Of a DNA stretch of 44,097 nucleotides, positions 1 through 8,323 are shown piece after piece. This stretch comes from Bdellovibrionales bacterium (GTDB taxonomy: Bacteria; Bdellovibrionota; Bdellovibrionia; Bdellovibrionales; JAMPXM01), in assembly GCA_043739185.1 (NCBI GenBank), contig JAYUEN010000211.1, positions 1-44,097 of the forward strand. Reading direction: 5' to 3'. The notes beneath the pieces were generated by a model that worked only from the letters and a program-made list of their open reading frames with translations, did no database searches and was not told where the DNA came from. Position numbers and translations under genes: made by a program. Each line of letters begins with the position of its first letter. Position 1 is the stretch's first letter.

Positions 1-126
1 AATCTCCGAAAATGCTTTGAGAATTTTGGTTCATCGCAATCAGATTCAAGTTTTCAGATTCGGAAGGAGACTCCGATTTCGGCTGAGTGATTGTCAGGCC
101 CTTTTCATCAAGAAAGGAGCCTGATT

Positions 127-1218
127 ATGGCAATCACGCCGTACATCGAGGATGGAAAGAAATTTTACGAAGTGTATGTGAATGGATCAGATTCTAGAGA
201 CCGTCGAGTTCAGCGACGAAAAAAAGGAATCGACACTTTAAGAAAAGCGGAAACACTTGAGTTTGAATTGAAGCGCGAGCTTGCTAAACTCAGAGAAGAG
301 GCCGTCTCTTATCGCTGGGGTGAATGGTACGACGAATGTCTTAAGCGTATGAAAATTAGCATGAGCTATTCATCAACCAAAAACTACGAGACGCAGCTTA
401 AGAAATGGGTTTCACCAAGGTGGGGCAACCTAGAGATTAAGAAAATCACGAAGACCCAAGTTCACAGGTTGGTGTTTGAAGAACTAGATCAAAATCTTTC
501 GCCTAATACAAAGCGAACGATTCTTAAGATGATCAAAAGAATTTTTCAAATGGCACTTGAAGAGGGTATCGTTGATCGCAACCCTTCAATGGGTATTCAA
601 ATGAGAGTTCCTGAGTCTGATGCTAAGGTGCTCACTAATTCAGAAGTTGAGATCTTTCTTAAGGAAGCACGAAAAGCAAATCATAGGTTTTTTCCAATAT
701 GGTTTTTAGCTTTGGCTTCTGGGATGCGCTCAGGAGAATTGATGGCCTTATGCTGGCAGGACATAGACTTTGATCAACGGACCATTTCTGTTTCTAAACA
801 GTGGACCAGCAAGACTGGATTTGTTCCAACGAAGACTCAGCGAAACCGAATGGTGCCCATCGCAGACGATCTGCTAAAGTTCCTCAAAGAATTAAAACTT
901 CAAAGAGGGACTGAAGAGTTTGTTCTACCCCATCTCCTTGAATGGGAGAATGGCGAGCAAGCTCGAATCACAAGGGAGTTTTGTACAGCCGTCGGAGTTA
1001 CGCCAGTTAAGTTTCACGACCTTAGAGCAACCTTCATCACGAACCTTCTTTCCCGAGGAGCATCTTTGGCTCAGGTAATGTCCACAGTCGGCCATAACCA
1101 GTTAAAGACGACCAACGGGTACTTAAGAAAGGCCGGAGTGGAAGTTAAAGGACTCACTGATTTACTTGGCTACAAGTTGCCTGATGAGTTGAATAAGGTA
1201 GCCGCCTCACTTGAATAA
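127..1218 (+). CDS. Tyrosine recombinase / phage-type integrase
   Basis: Catalytic R (SGMRSGE), K (PTKT), HxxR (HDLR), H (VGH), Y (NGYL). N-terminal arm-binding-like region. AAGGAG RBS before ATG 127. Confidence 0.95.
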   Translation: MAITPYIEDGKKFYEVYVNGSDSRDRRVQRRKKGIDTLRKAETLEFELKRELAKLREEAVSYRWGEWYDECLKRMKISMSYSSTKNYETQLKKWVSPRWGNLEIKKITKTQVHRLVFEELDQNLSPNTKRTILKMIKRIFQMALEEGIVDRNPSMGIQMRVPESDAKVLTNSEVEIFLKEARKANHRFFPIWFLALASGMRSGELMALCWQDIDFDQRTISVSKQWTSKTGFVPTKTQRNRMVPIADDLLKFLKELKLQRGTEEFVLPHLLEWENGEQARITREFCTAVGVTPVKFHDLRATFITNLLSRGASLAQVMSTVGHNQLKTTNGYLRKAGVEVKGLTDLLGYKLPDELNKVAASLE

Positions 1219-1314
1219 GAGGGGGCTAACTTGAAAAATGACAGAGAAAACGTATTGCTACTTCTTGCTACTCGCAGTATTCGATCAATTGAGATTTCGG
1301 GGGTTTAGAGAATT

Positions 1315-1331
1315 TCCCATCGCCCCGACCA
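1315..1331 (+). mobile_element. tRNA-Pro 3'-end fragment, probable attR of the integrase element
   Basis: TCCCATCGCCCCGACCA matches the T-stem 3' strand, acceptor 3' strand and CCA of tRNA-Pro (..CCGA-CCA). No 5' half upstream. About 100 nt after the integrase stop. Confidence 0.7.
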
Positions 1332-1370
1332 AATAAAAAAACCTTTACTTAAGTAAAGGTTTTTTTATTT
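1331..1370. terminator. Perfect 40-bp palindrome, bidirectional intrinsic terminator
   Basis: AAATAAAAAAACCTTTACTT|AAGTAAAGGTTTTTTTATTT is its own reverse complement, with U-tracts on both strands. Confidence 0.8.
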
Positions 1371-1487
1371 GTCAAGGCATGGGGATACTCGATCTGGGAT
1401 TGATCTGTCGCAGGATCGATCGAAATAGCAGGAGGCTATTTCGAAGGCGCCGCCGCGAAGCGGGCGAGAGCAGGAAGCTCGAGACCC

Positions 1488-1505
1488 ATCCTGTCGCCCC
1501 GACCA
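1488..1505 (+). mobile_element. Second tRNA-Pro 3'-end fragment (att-like)
   Basis: ATCCTGTCGCCCCGACCA; shares TCGCCCCGACCA with 1320-1331. Confidence 0.7.
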
Positions 1506-1617
1506 ATTTTTTGAAGCTGTGAGAGTAAGAAACCCCAAAAAACCAAATGTACTAAGTACATAAAACCATTGAAAAGCGCCTGACATCCTCAGCCCGAATC
1601 TTTCACGAAATGTCGTG

Positions 1618-1667
1618 TGTACAGGTTAAGACATAGGTAACATGAGAGTTTCACTACATAGGTGACA
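1618..1667. mobile_element. IS481-family-like terminal repeat remnant
   Basis: Starts with TGT and carries two ACATAGGT(A/G)ACA subterminal repeats (1631-1642, 1656-1667), a pattern recalled from IS481 ends. No transposase nearby. Confidence 0.5.
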
Positions 1668-1916
1668 TAGTTAAATAGTCGTTTGCTACTTTTTCATCAG
1701 CATTTCGTTTGCAGTTACTCATCTCTGCTAGCCATTTTGTAGAACTCAAAATTATAGGTTCTATGGGCAGGTTCGTAAGATCAGCAATCAAGCCTTATAT
1801 AAGCATAATAAAAATTAAAAAAATAATCCAATCTTCATGTTAAGTCGCTACACGGAAAACTTTACGAATTCAAAAGTATGAGTGGTTAGTCGGGTTCCGA
1901 CTAACCACTCATTTGA

Positions 1917-2243
1917 TCATGACTCATTTTGCTTATCACTCTCAGAACGCGCTGGGGAAGAACAAACGGGATTCTTACGTGATGCGGGTAAGTTCGAGTC
2001 CAAGCTAAAGCTAGCGCTTCGAGCATTGCAAGTGACCGTTCCTTTACTGCAAAAATCGACAGAGTATGGGGCAGGACACATTTTGAATTCACTGCCAATC
2101 ATTGGCAAAATCGGACTATATAAATCTGCAATATCAAATGTTGGTGATGCCTTGCTGACTAACCCAGCAAAGGAAATCGCAAGGATGGAAAACAAAGCTT
2201 GAACTGCCGTTAGATCTAAATTTATTTTACCAGTTTTTCTCAT
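1917..2243 (-). CDS. Hypothetical protein with N-terminal hydrophobic segment and 4 Cys
   Basis: GAGGAGG RBS before ATG 2243; co-oriented with the upstream ORF. Confidence 0.55.
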   Translation of the reverse strand: MRKTGKINLDLTAVQALFSILAISFAGLVSKASPTFDIADLYSPILPMIGSEFKMCPAPYSVDFCSKGTVTCNARSASFSLDSNLPASRKNPVCSSPARSESDKQNES

Positions 2244-2262
2244 TTTGCACCTCCTCATTTGT

Positions 2263-2571
2263 TTAGTTACTTGAAATCATTTGCTTCCAATTTTTATTAT
2301 TTCGATAACTACGCAGGAGATTAAAGTATTTTTCTCTTAGCGCCTGTGTCGTATCGTTGAAGCCATATTTTTCGTGACACAGAATGTACTCAGACCATAA
2401 GACTTTGAGCTCTCTCTCAATTTCACTCAAGTAATCTAAGTCCAATTTCTGGGAGTTGCCACTTTGTCGTAAAGCGTCTCTCGTCTCGTCATTTGAAAGC
2501 CGCGAGATGCTCCCGGCATTTACGTGTGTAAACTCGATTTGGTTCTGATTTGTTCGCATGGTAAACATCAC
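2263..2571 (-). CDS. Hypothetical helical protein (start may be ATG 2559)
   Basis: ORF with GGAGG at 2571-2575; plausible protein composition. Confidence 0.65.
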   Translation of the reverse strand: MMFTMRTNQNQIEFTHVNAGSISRLSNDETRDALRQSGNSQKLDLDYLSEIERELKVLWSEYILCHEKYGFNDTTQALREKYFNLLRSYRNNKNWKQMISSN

Positions 2572-2637
2572 CTCCGTTCAAAATGAGAAACATATACAGA
2601 TACCTTTAATATTTGGATCACCTATCGATCTAACTCT

Positions 2638-2666
2638 AGAATGAGATCACCATTTAACTTGTCAAG
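2638..2666 (-). promoter_or_regulatory. Putative promoter CTTGAC-N14-TCTCATTCT (sigma32-like)
   Basis: Same boxes and spacing as the divergent copy at 2721-2749. Confidence 0.55.
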
Positions 2667-2720
2667 TGGCCAAGTATATCATTGAAATCATTGTATTTTT
2701 TAAAAATTGCCGCCAGCAAA

Positions 2721-2749
2721 CTTGACGACGTAAAACTCCACCTCATTCT
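2721..2749 (+). promoter_or_regulatory. Putative promoter CTTGAC-N14-CCTCATTCT (sigma32-like) for the Hsp20 gene
   Basis: Resembles RpoH consensus CTTGAA-N13-15-CCCCATNT; 38 nt before the Hsp20 start. Confidence 0.55.
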
Positions 2750-2787
2750 TTGAAAAAATAACCACGTAACTTAACTCTGGAGGTAGT

Positions 2788-3441
2788 ATGAAAGAGATAA
2801 TAAAAAAAGTGGCTGTACCATTAACAAGTGCAATTGTCGGTGGGCTTGCTGTCATTGCAGCACTTAGGCTTAGTCCTTCAATTCGACATAAAATAAAGGT
2901 CGATAAAGATTCCGCCCAACATGATGGGCAGATTTACGACGATATCATAAAACAACAAGAAGCTATTAGACGCCAGTTCGACGATTTATTTAAAGAAGAC
3001 TTTTTAGCCCAAAATGATCCATTCGAAGAAATGAAAAAAATGCGAAATCAAATAGGAAAGCACAGGGAACGACTTCATGGAAAAAATCAATCAAAGGACA
3101 ACTCATTTGATTCATGGTTTTCGGATAAATTCGGAGACGGAAGCATAAATGACATTTCAAAAAGAGAGGATGATAACTTTGTTTACTATGACGTTAAAAT
3201 AGACGACGTCAACTCTACTTCAATTAATACAAAAGTTGAAAATGGGTACGTAAGGATCAGCGGAACAATTGAGAAAAAATCCGATTCCGAAGAGAAAGAC
3301 AAAAGTTATTCAAGTCATAACCTATTCAAATCTTCGTTTGATCGGACCTTCCCACTTCCAGAGGATATCGATCAAAATAAAATGCAAATGATAACCGAAA
3401 AGGATAAAATTATTTTGAAATTTCCAAAAATAAAAGTTTGA
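2788..3441 (+). CDS. Hsp20/alpha-crystallin family protein with N-terminal membrane anchor or signal
   Basis: C-terminal alpha-crystallin pattern (KVENGYVRISG...FDRTFPLPEDID...IILKFPK); hydrophobic N-terminus; GGAGG RBS. Confidence 0.88.
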   Translation: MKEIIKKVAVPLTSAIVGGLAVIAALRLSPSIRHKIKVDKDSAQHDGQIYDDIIKQQEAIRRQFDDLFKEDFLAQNDPFEEMKKMRNQIGKHRERLHGKNQSKDNSFDSWFSDKFGDGSINDISKREDDNFVYYDVKIDDVNSTSINTKVENGYVRISGTIEKKSDSEEKDKSYSSHNLFKSSFDRTFPLPEDIDQNKMQMITEKDKIILKFPKIKV

Positions 3442-3517
3442 GGTCCCTTAAAGGGTAAGTAAAGGCATAAAAGTTTCATAAGCTATATCTATCCCCCCAA
3501 CCTGCATGAACTCTTTT

Positions 3518-3552
3518 AAGTGACTGTCTCAACTTTAGACAGTCACTTTTTT
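3518..3552 (+). terminator. Intrinsic terminator after Hsp20
   Basis: 12-bp stem AAGTGACTGTCT/AGACAGTCACTT, 7-nt loop, U-run. Confidence 0.8.
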
Positions 3553-3760
3553 ATTTTAAATTGAGTGCGTCACTAAGCTTTTTATTTCACTAAAATTTTA
3601 AAACTTAGGTCTAATTTTCAAAAAAAATAATTGCGTGTGCTCTTGACTTTTTTTTCAGCGATCCGAAAATTAGCTTAGAAACAGCAATACGATTGTAAAA
3701 GCTGTAACTTCTTAATTCTATCTATTTCCGTACGTCTTTGACGTATTGAGGGAGGTACAA

Positions 3761-3802
3761 GTGAGAATTCCGTCAGGAGTCCCACCGAATCTAGTTCGGT
3801 AA
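3761..3802 (+). CDS. Putative 13-aa leader peptide MRIPSGVPPNLVR
   Basis: GGAGG at 3751-3755, 5 nt before GTG; TAA at 3800-3802; lies upstream of the HPF-like operon. Confidence 0.35.
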   Translation: MRIPSGVPPNLVR

Positions 3803-3915
3803 GCAAATCCCAATTAAATTTCATTTTAAACTTATTTTTTGTTCGAGCTTCATTCCAATGAGGTTTTGAATACAAGCATTATGATTTAACAGACGTTTAG
3901 AGAATTGGAGGTGTT

Positions 3916-4242
3916 ATGAATCAAGAAAATATGCAGTTTGAATTTATGGGCTTCGATCCGGATAGGGATATTAAGGCGTTCATTTCAATTGTTGCCGAGA
4001 GGCTTCACCTGAATGCTCCGAGCGATTCAACGCTAAAATTAGCACTCCAAAATGGTAAGGACGCCATTCGCGTTTCTTGTCGAATTGTTTCGCGGGTTGG
4101 AACCTTCGTTGCCGAGGCTGTCAGTGATAGCCAAATGCGTGCCGTGAAACTGGTCGAACAAAAAATGAGAGTTCAGTTAGACAATTGGAAGGCTTGGCGT
4201 TTTCAAAATAATGCAAATATGCCATTTCAAAAGCTTCAATAG
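3916..4242 (+). CDS. HPF/RaiA (S30EA)-fold-like protein 1
   Basis: About 100 aa with a beta-alpha-beta-beta-beta-alpha pattern and basic C-helix (FVAEAVSDSQMRAVKLVEQKMRVQL); GGAGG RBS. Confidence 0.65.
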   Translation: MNQENMQFEFMGFDPDRDIKAFISIVAERLHLNAPSDSTLKLALQNGKDAIRVSCRIVSRVGTFVAEAVSDSQMRAVKLVEQKMRVQLDNWKAWRFQNNANMPFQKLQ

Positions 4243-4251
4243 GAGGATTTT

Positions 4252-4605
4252 ATGGATCTATTTAATCAAGAGCTTATGTACGAACTTCATGCCAAAGACC
4301 TGACACAGATCGAGGCCCTTAAGCAGTATGCCGACCATGCAGTGAAAGAAATTAAATTCACGTATGGCTGGGACGCTGATGTACAGATTCACATAGAGCC
4401 AGAGGCAAAAGATAAACATCTTTTTGCTGTTGCCATGAGCGTATGCGGATTGGGTGAGCCAATCCTCGTACGAAAAGATGGAAAGCACGTGATGTCAGTG
4501 CTGCGAAAGGTAAGAAAGGCCGTCATGAGGCAAATCCATCGAGTGAGTGAAAAGAGAGTAACTAACCGAAAACGAAATTTTTTAAGAGAGCAATTCGCTT
4601 CATAA
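4252..4605 (+). CDS. HPF/RaiA (S30EA)-fold-like protein 2
   Basis: ELHAKDLTQIEALKQYA resembles HPF ..ITEALREFV; basic C-helix VLRKVRKAVMRQIHR; AGGAGG RBS. Confidence 0.7.
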   Translation: MDLFNQELMYELHAKDLTQIEALKQYADHAVKEIKFTYGWDADVQIHIEPEAKDKHLFAVAMSVCGLGEPILVRKDGKHVMSVLRKVRKAVMRQIHRVSEKRVTNRKRNFLREQFAS

Positions 4606-4622
4606 CTTGAGAGGAGGAAATT

Positions 4623-4976
4623 ATGATTTTAAATGACGTAAAAATTTATTTTGAAGGACTAGAAATGAACCACGACTACGACGAAAAGATTCGTCAGCTC
4701 GTCGACGCGATTAAGCTACTTTCGCCTACTCCGGATATCAGCATAAGGTTTCTGAAAAGCCGAAATATCTACGAAGGACTTCTTTGGGGAAGAGCCGGTG
4801 ATATTCCAATTGGCTTTTACCATCGCGGACATTCTATAGCGCAAGTTTTAGAGAGCCTTAATAAAAAAGTAAAGAAGGAGTGCTTGCTCAAGCTTTGGAA
4901 AATGAAGGGGGCTGAAATGAAGTCTAGACAAAAACCTCAATTCCAAAAACAACCGCCAATGGCGATGGCTGGTTAA
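4623..4976 (+). CDS. HPF/RaiA-fold-like protein 3 (divergent)
   Basis: Same predicted secondary-structure order and length (VKIYFEGLEM...IAQVLESLNKKVKK); GAGGAGG RBS. Confidence 0.55.
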   Translation: MILNDVKIYFEGLEMNHDYDEKIRQLVDAIKLLSPTPDISIRFLKSRNIYEGLLWGRAGDIPIGFYHRGHSIAQVLESLNKKVKKECLLKLWKMKGAEMKSRQKPQFQKQPPMAMAG

Positions 4977-4994
4977 ATATTTTAGGAGGACAAA

Positions 4995-5453
4995 ATGAAT
5001 CAGTTAACAATACTAAAAAAAATGAGAGGATTAAAAGCAACTCAAACGCAACCTGCGTTTAAGAAATCGAAACCCTATTCAGAAAATATTCTGACTCCGG
5101 TTAGTTTATCGGGAGTCATTTCGCCGTGGATTGAGAATCTTGGCGTGGCTCACACTTCAGACTATAAGCTTATTAGCTACAACGGTCTTGAGTACTTCAT
5201 CGTCGCCGACCCTGAGTGGCGAGAAATTTTATCGACCTATTGTTGGGAGGAAGTCAAAGTGATCGGCCTTCTCAATATTTCAAACATGACCTTGATTCCT
5301 CAAAAGGTTTATCCGAAGGGCCCTTCGGGCGAAAAGGAAAGCGTGATCGAGTGGGCTTCTTCGAAAAGCGATGAGCTTGTGAAAAAAATGATTGAAAATG
5401 TAAACGACTTAGTGGTTTTGCCAGCAACCGCCTCGACGGCAATGGCGGCTTAA
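4995..5453 (+). CDS. Hypothetical protein, OB-fold-like; paralog of the next gene
   Basis: LSGVISP..YKL..EYFI..WEEVKVIGLLN aligns with 5484..5951; AGGAGG RBS. Confidence 0.7.
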   Translation: MNQLTILKKMRGLKATQTQPAFKKSKPYSENILTPVSLSGVISPWIENLGVAHTSDYKLISYNGLEYFIVADPEWREILSTYCWEEVKVIGLLNISNMTLIPQKVYPKGPSGEKESVIEWASSKSDELVKKMIENVNDLVVLPATASTAMAA

Positions 5454-5483
5454 ATTAAGGTTCAGCTTAGAGAGGAGGACAAA

Positions 5484-5951
5484 ATGTATTTCGAAAATTC
5501 TTTCACCCAAGTATCACCAGCGCTTTTACGAAATGAATCAGCTCAGTTCAATCATAGTATGGAGACGTTCCATGATATATTTCAGCATACGCTGAATATT
5601 AAGTCAGGATCTCGTCCTCCTAAAATTGAACTTACTGGAATTCTTATTCCTTGTAATAAAATGATTCAAGGCAAGTTGTGCAGATTCAAACTTGAGACCA
5701 AAACAAACGAATACTTCTTGAGCTTGAGTAGCGGGCTCGCGCTTGTCGCAAAAAAGATTGCATGGGAGGATATAACGGTTAAAGGCAGATTGAATATTGA
5801 TAGTAATCTATTTGATGTTGATAAAATGAGCCTTTTACAAAAGACGGAGAACTTCAAGCTCCTCAGAGGGCCTGTCGATTCATATTTTGAACTTGATCAA
5901 TACAAGCGGACAATTGTTCAGAGAGGTAAACTGGATATTGCTAGCGACTAG
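5484..5951 (+). CDS. Hypothetical protein, OB-fold-like; paralog of the previous gene
   Basis: LTGILIP..FKL..EYFL..WEDITVKGRLN; same AGGAGGACAAAATG start context as the previous gene. Confidence 0.7.
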   Translation: MYFENSFTQVSPALLRNESAQFNHSMETFHDIFQHTLNIKSGSRPPKIELTGILIPCNKMIQGKLCRFKLETKTNEYFLSLSSGLALVAKKIAWEDITVKGRLNIDSNLFDVDKMSLLQKTENFKLLRGPVDSYFELDQYKRTIVQRGKLDIASD

Positions 5952-6167
5952 TTGGAATTTCAAAATGGGAAGTTTGGGGCTTTTTTGGCCAATTTGTACG
6001 AAGCCTCAATGTTTTAGCTATAATTTGCGTAACCAAGTCATAAGAGCGGTAGAGAACCGCTTGGCGCAGTCTATCTTGCCTTTGATTTTCCTCTAATATG
6101 GCCACTCTTTGCGCAGCTCGTCTCATTGCGAATTTTCGGGTTAGAAAAATTGCCTTAACAAGTATTT

Positions 6168-6851
6168 CTAAAGCGTTCCTACGCAAGCCCACAAGAGGGC
6201 GTGAGCCAACCCCGGACGAATCAAAGATCGGTCCCGACCTCTCGACAGGCCAAAGATGATTCCTAGCGCGAACTTTCCAATAAAAATCGGTAACTGAAAT
6301 TTCAGATGATAGGCCGCAAAAATAAAACTTGTGAAGAAGAGCCCAAACACAAAACCAAACTTTTGAATTGCGGTGGGCTGTAGAAAACCTCTAAAAAGAC
6401 TTTCTTCGATAAGACCGGCATTTAATCCTATCAATAAAAACACGATTCGGTTTGAAAAGCTAAACTTCATTTCTTCGCCGATGAACTGTTGCTCATCCCA
6501 GGTTCCAAAAATTAATCCAAGCAAATAAACTATACCTACTGCGACCGCAGCACCTGCAACCCCATAGAGAACGTCCAACTTTAAATTATCAACTCGCCAG
6601 CCAATTTGCTCGAGAGAAAGTCCGCCAAGCTTTATAATCCCGAGACGCAAAACTAAAAACGCCCCGATTAAAGTGTAAAATACGACAAAGATCGCAAAAC
6701 CAAGATCAAGCTGGGCGAATGGATCTTCGACCTTCGCTAAATAGGCATAAAGGCTTATCGAAAGCACAAATAGAGCAGCTAATGAAACTGCCAACCCGAG
6801 ACCGAGAAATATCTTGCTATTCGAGTCTTTGAAATTTTCATTTGTGTTCAT
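6168..6851 (-). CDS. CPBP/CAAX-type (Abi) intramembrane glutamic endopeptidase
   Basis: EExxFRG (EESLFRG), FxxxH (FAAYH), late H (HALLW); multiple TM helices. Confidence 0.92.
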   Translation of the reverse strand: MNTNENFKDSNSKIFLGLGLAVSLAALFVLSISLYAYLAKVEDPFAQLDLGFAIFVVFYTLIGAFLVLRLGIIKLGGLSLEQIGWRVDNLKLDVLYGVAGAAVAVGIVYLLGLIFGTWDEQQFIGEEMKFSFSNRIVFLLIGLNAGLIEESLFRGFLQPTAIQKFGFVFGLFFTSFIFAAYHLKFQLPIFIGKFALGIIFGLSRGRDRSLIRPGLAHALLWACVGTL

Positions 6852-7001
6852 CCCATTAGCTTCCCTAGCTATAACCGAACGGTCAACATTCTAATTTCTC
6901 TGAAACCAAGATCGTTATCGCGGCAACGGTCTTTTTAAAGCCTCATTAAGGGGAAAAAAACTTTTTCTGGTTTTCAAAGTTGGGGACAAATTTGAGCCCG
7001 T

Positions 7002-7520
7002 GCAGCCAGCGAAAATGTCCCCGGATTCGAGCGGTCAGGTGAGCTGGCATATTTGAAGCAGCGGATTGGCCTCGCCAGACCAGGCTCCGAAATGGGCTTT
7101 ACAAAGCCAAATGCATGGATCTCTCGCTGACTGATCCTCAAAATCTTTTTGCTGAACTCGACAATAAATATCACGGCAAAGCTCCCGCAGGAATATTTAA
7201 GATCATGAAAAATGAAAATGCGAATATAGAAAATATATTCAAGGAGCTCTCAGCAGAAGGTGGCGAGCTCTGTCAGGGTTTTAGATCTGACGATTTTAGT
7301 TTGTTAGGCGATGGCCTTTCTAAAACATTCACCTACAGGACAGTCTAATTTTGAAGCCAAAGAACTCCCTCATTGTCTTGATAAAACTCTAAAGACCGAA
7401 GTGTGTCGCGTGAACCGAGTAGCAGCTGTCGCTCGCATATACAATAACTGGGTCATTCAAAACTGCAGACCTTCTTCAAACGGAAAATTGGCTCCAAAGC
7501 CGCAGCTAGCAGATCAATGA
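7002..7520 (+). pseudogene. Possible degraded gene remnant
   Basis: Short protein-like ORF pieces in successive + frames (7115..7348, 7311..7520); no family recognised. Confidence 0.25.
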
Positions 7521-7619
7521 AGCTGAAAACTGCATAAGCTAGCAGGACCAAACTCATGCTCGCTGAATAGTGCCTTTCTAGACTTGAGTTAGCCATCAAA
7601 ATTAACTATTCTTTAAGAA

Positions 7620-8105
7620 GTGAAATGGATGGCTGTTTTTTTATTTTTAGTTAGTCAAGCCTCGGCATTGGATACTGCCCAAATGATACCGATTTCTTGT
7701 AAAAAAGCTGTCGAGAAAGATTCTCTTAAAATACGGGGCAGAATCCAAACAAAATGCGGGTCTGGAAATTTCTGCTTAACTCAAGCCGAGTGTTTTTATG
7801 TAGATCGAAAGATTTTAGAAACCGAATATAATAATGATCCATATAGGGCCTTTCGCGGTGAAGGCTATATAGGTACTCAAATTCGGTCTTTTTTTGAAAA
7901 AAATGGGGGAAATCCGCGACACTATACAAGTGAAGTCAATATTGCCTGCTATTCTGAAAATTCAGACACGTGTCCTCCCTTACTTGAGTGTTTAAAAATG
8001 AAGAATGTGTTGGACGGTACACTCAAACATTCTAAATACGAAAGTGATGAAGAAGGTACGATTCCTCCGCTATACCCCAACTTACCGCAACGTGCCACCC
8101 ATTGA
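7620..8105 (+). CDS. Secreted Cys-rich hypothetical protein
   Basis: Short Sec signal ending ASA; 7 Cys. Confidence 0.7.
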   Translation: MKWMAVFLFLVSQASALDTAQMIPISCKKAVEKDSLKIRGRIQTKCGSGNFCLTQAECFYVDRKILETEYNNDPYRAFRGEGYIGTQIRSFFEKNGGNPRHYTSEVNIACYSENSDTCPPLLECLKMKNVLDGTLKHSKYESDEEGTIPPLYPNLPQRATH

Positions 8106-8323
8106 AACTCATTCTATTTGTATTTTTTTTATTTTTCTTTCAGGTAAAAGCGGGCCAAATTGGAGATCAAACAATTGAAGGTGTCGTGAAAGGCTTTGAC
8201 GAAAAATACGTACGCATTGAGAAAAATGGTGAAATATTTGAATTCAATATCAATCGAGTTGTGAACCGTAAAGCTTTGAAAGTCGGCAAGCCAACGAAAA
8301 TTTCACTCGAAATTCAAAAATAG
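8102..8323 (+). CDS. Small secreted hypothetical protein
   Basis: Signal MKLILFVFFLFFFQVKA; start overlaps the upstream stop. Confidence 0.6.
   Translation: MKLILFVFFLFFFQVKAGQIGDQTIEGVVKGFDEKYVRIEKNGEIFEFNINRVVNRKALKVGKPTKISLEIQK

Noticed and set aside
1260..1505. Complete tRNA gene
   Set aside because: Only 3' ends are present; no CGGGGCG 5' acceptor strand, D-arm or TTC loop at the right spacing.
1365..1586. 73-aa minus-strand ORF
   Set aside because: Overlaps the hairpin element and att fragment; no RBS; likely spurious.
1882..2202. 106-aa plus-strand ORF
   Set aside because: Antisense to 1917..2243, which has a strong RBS and operon context.
2203..2223. Possible fifth repeat copy (CTGCCGTTAGATCTAAATTT)
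   Set aside because: Only about 9 contiguous matches, and it lies inside a CDS.
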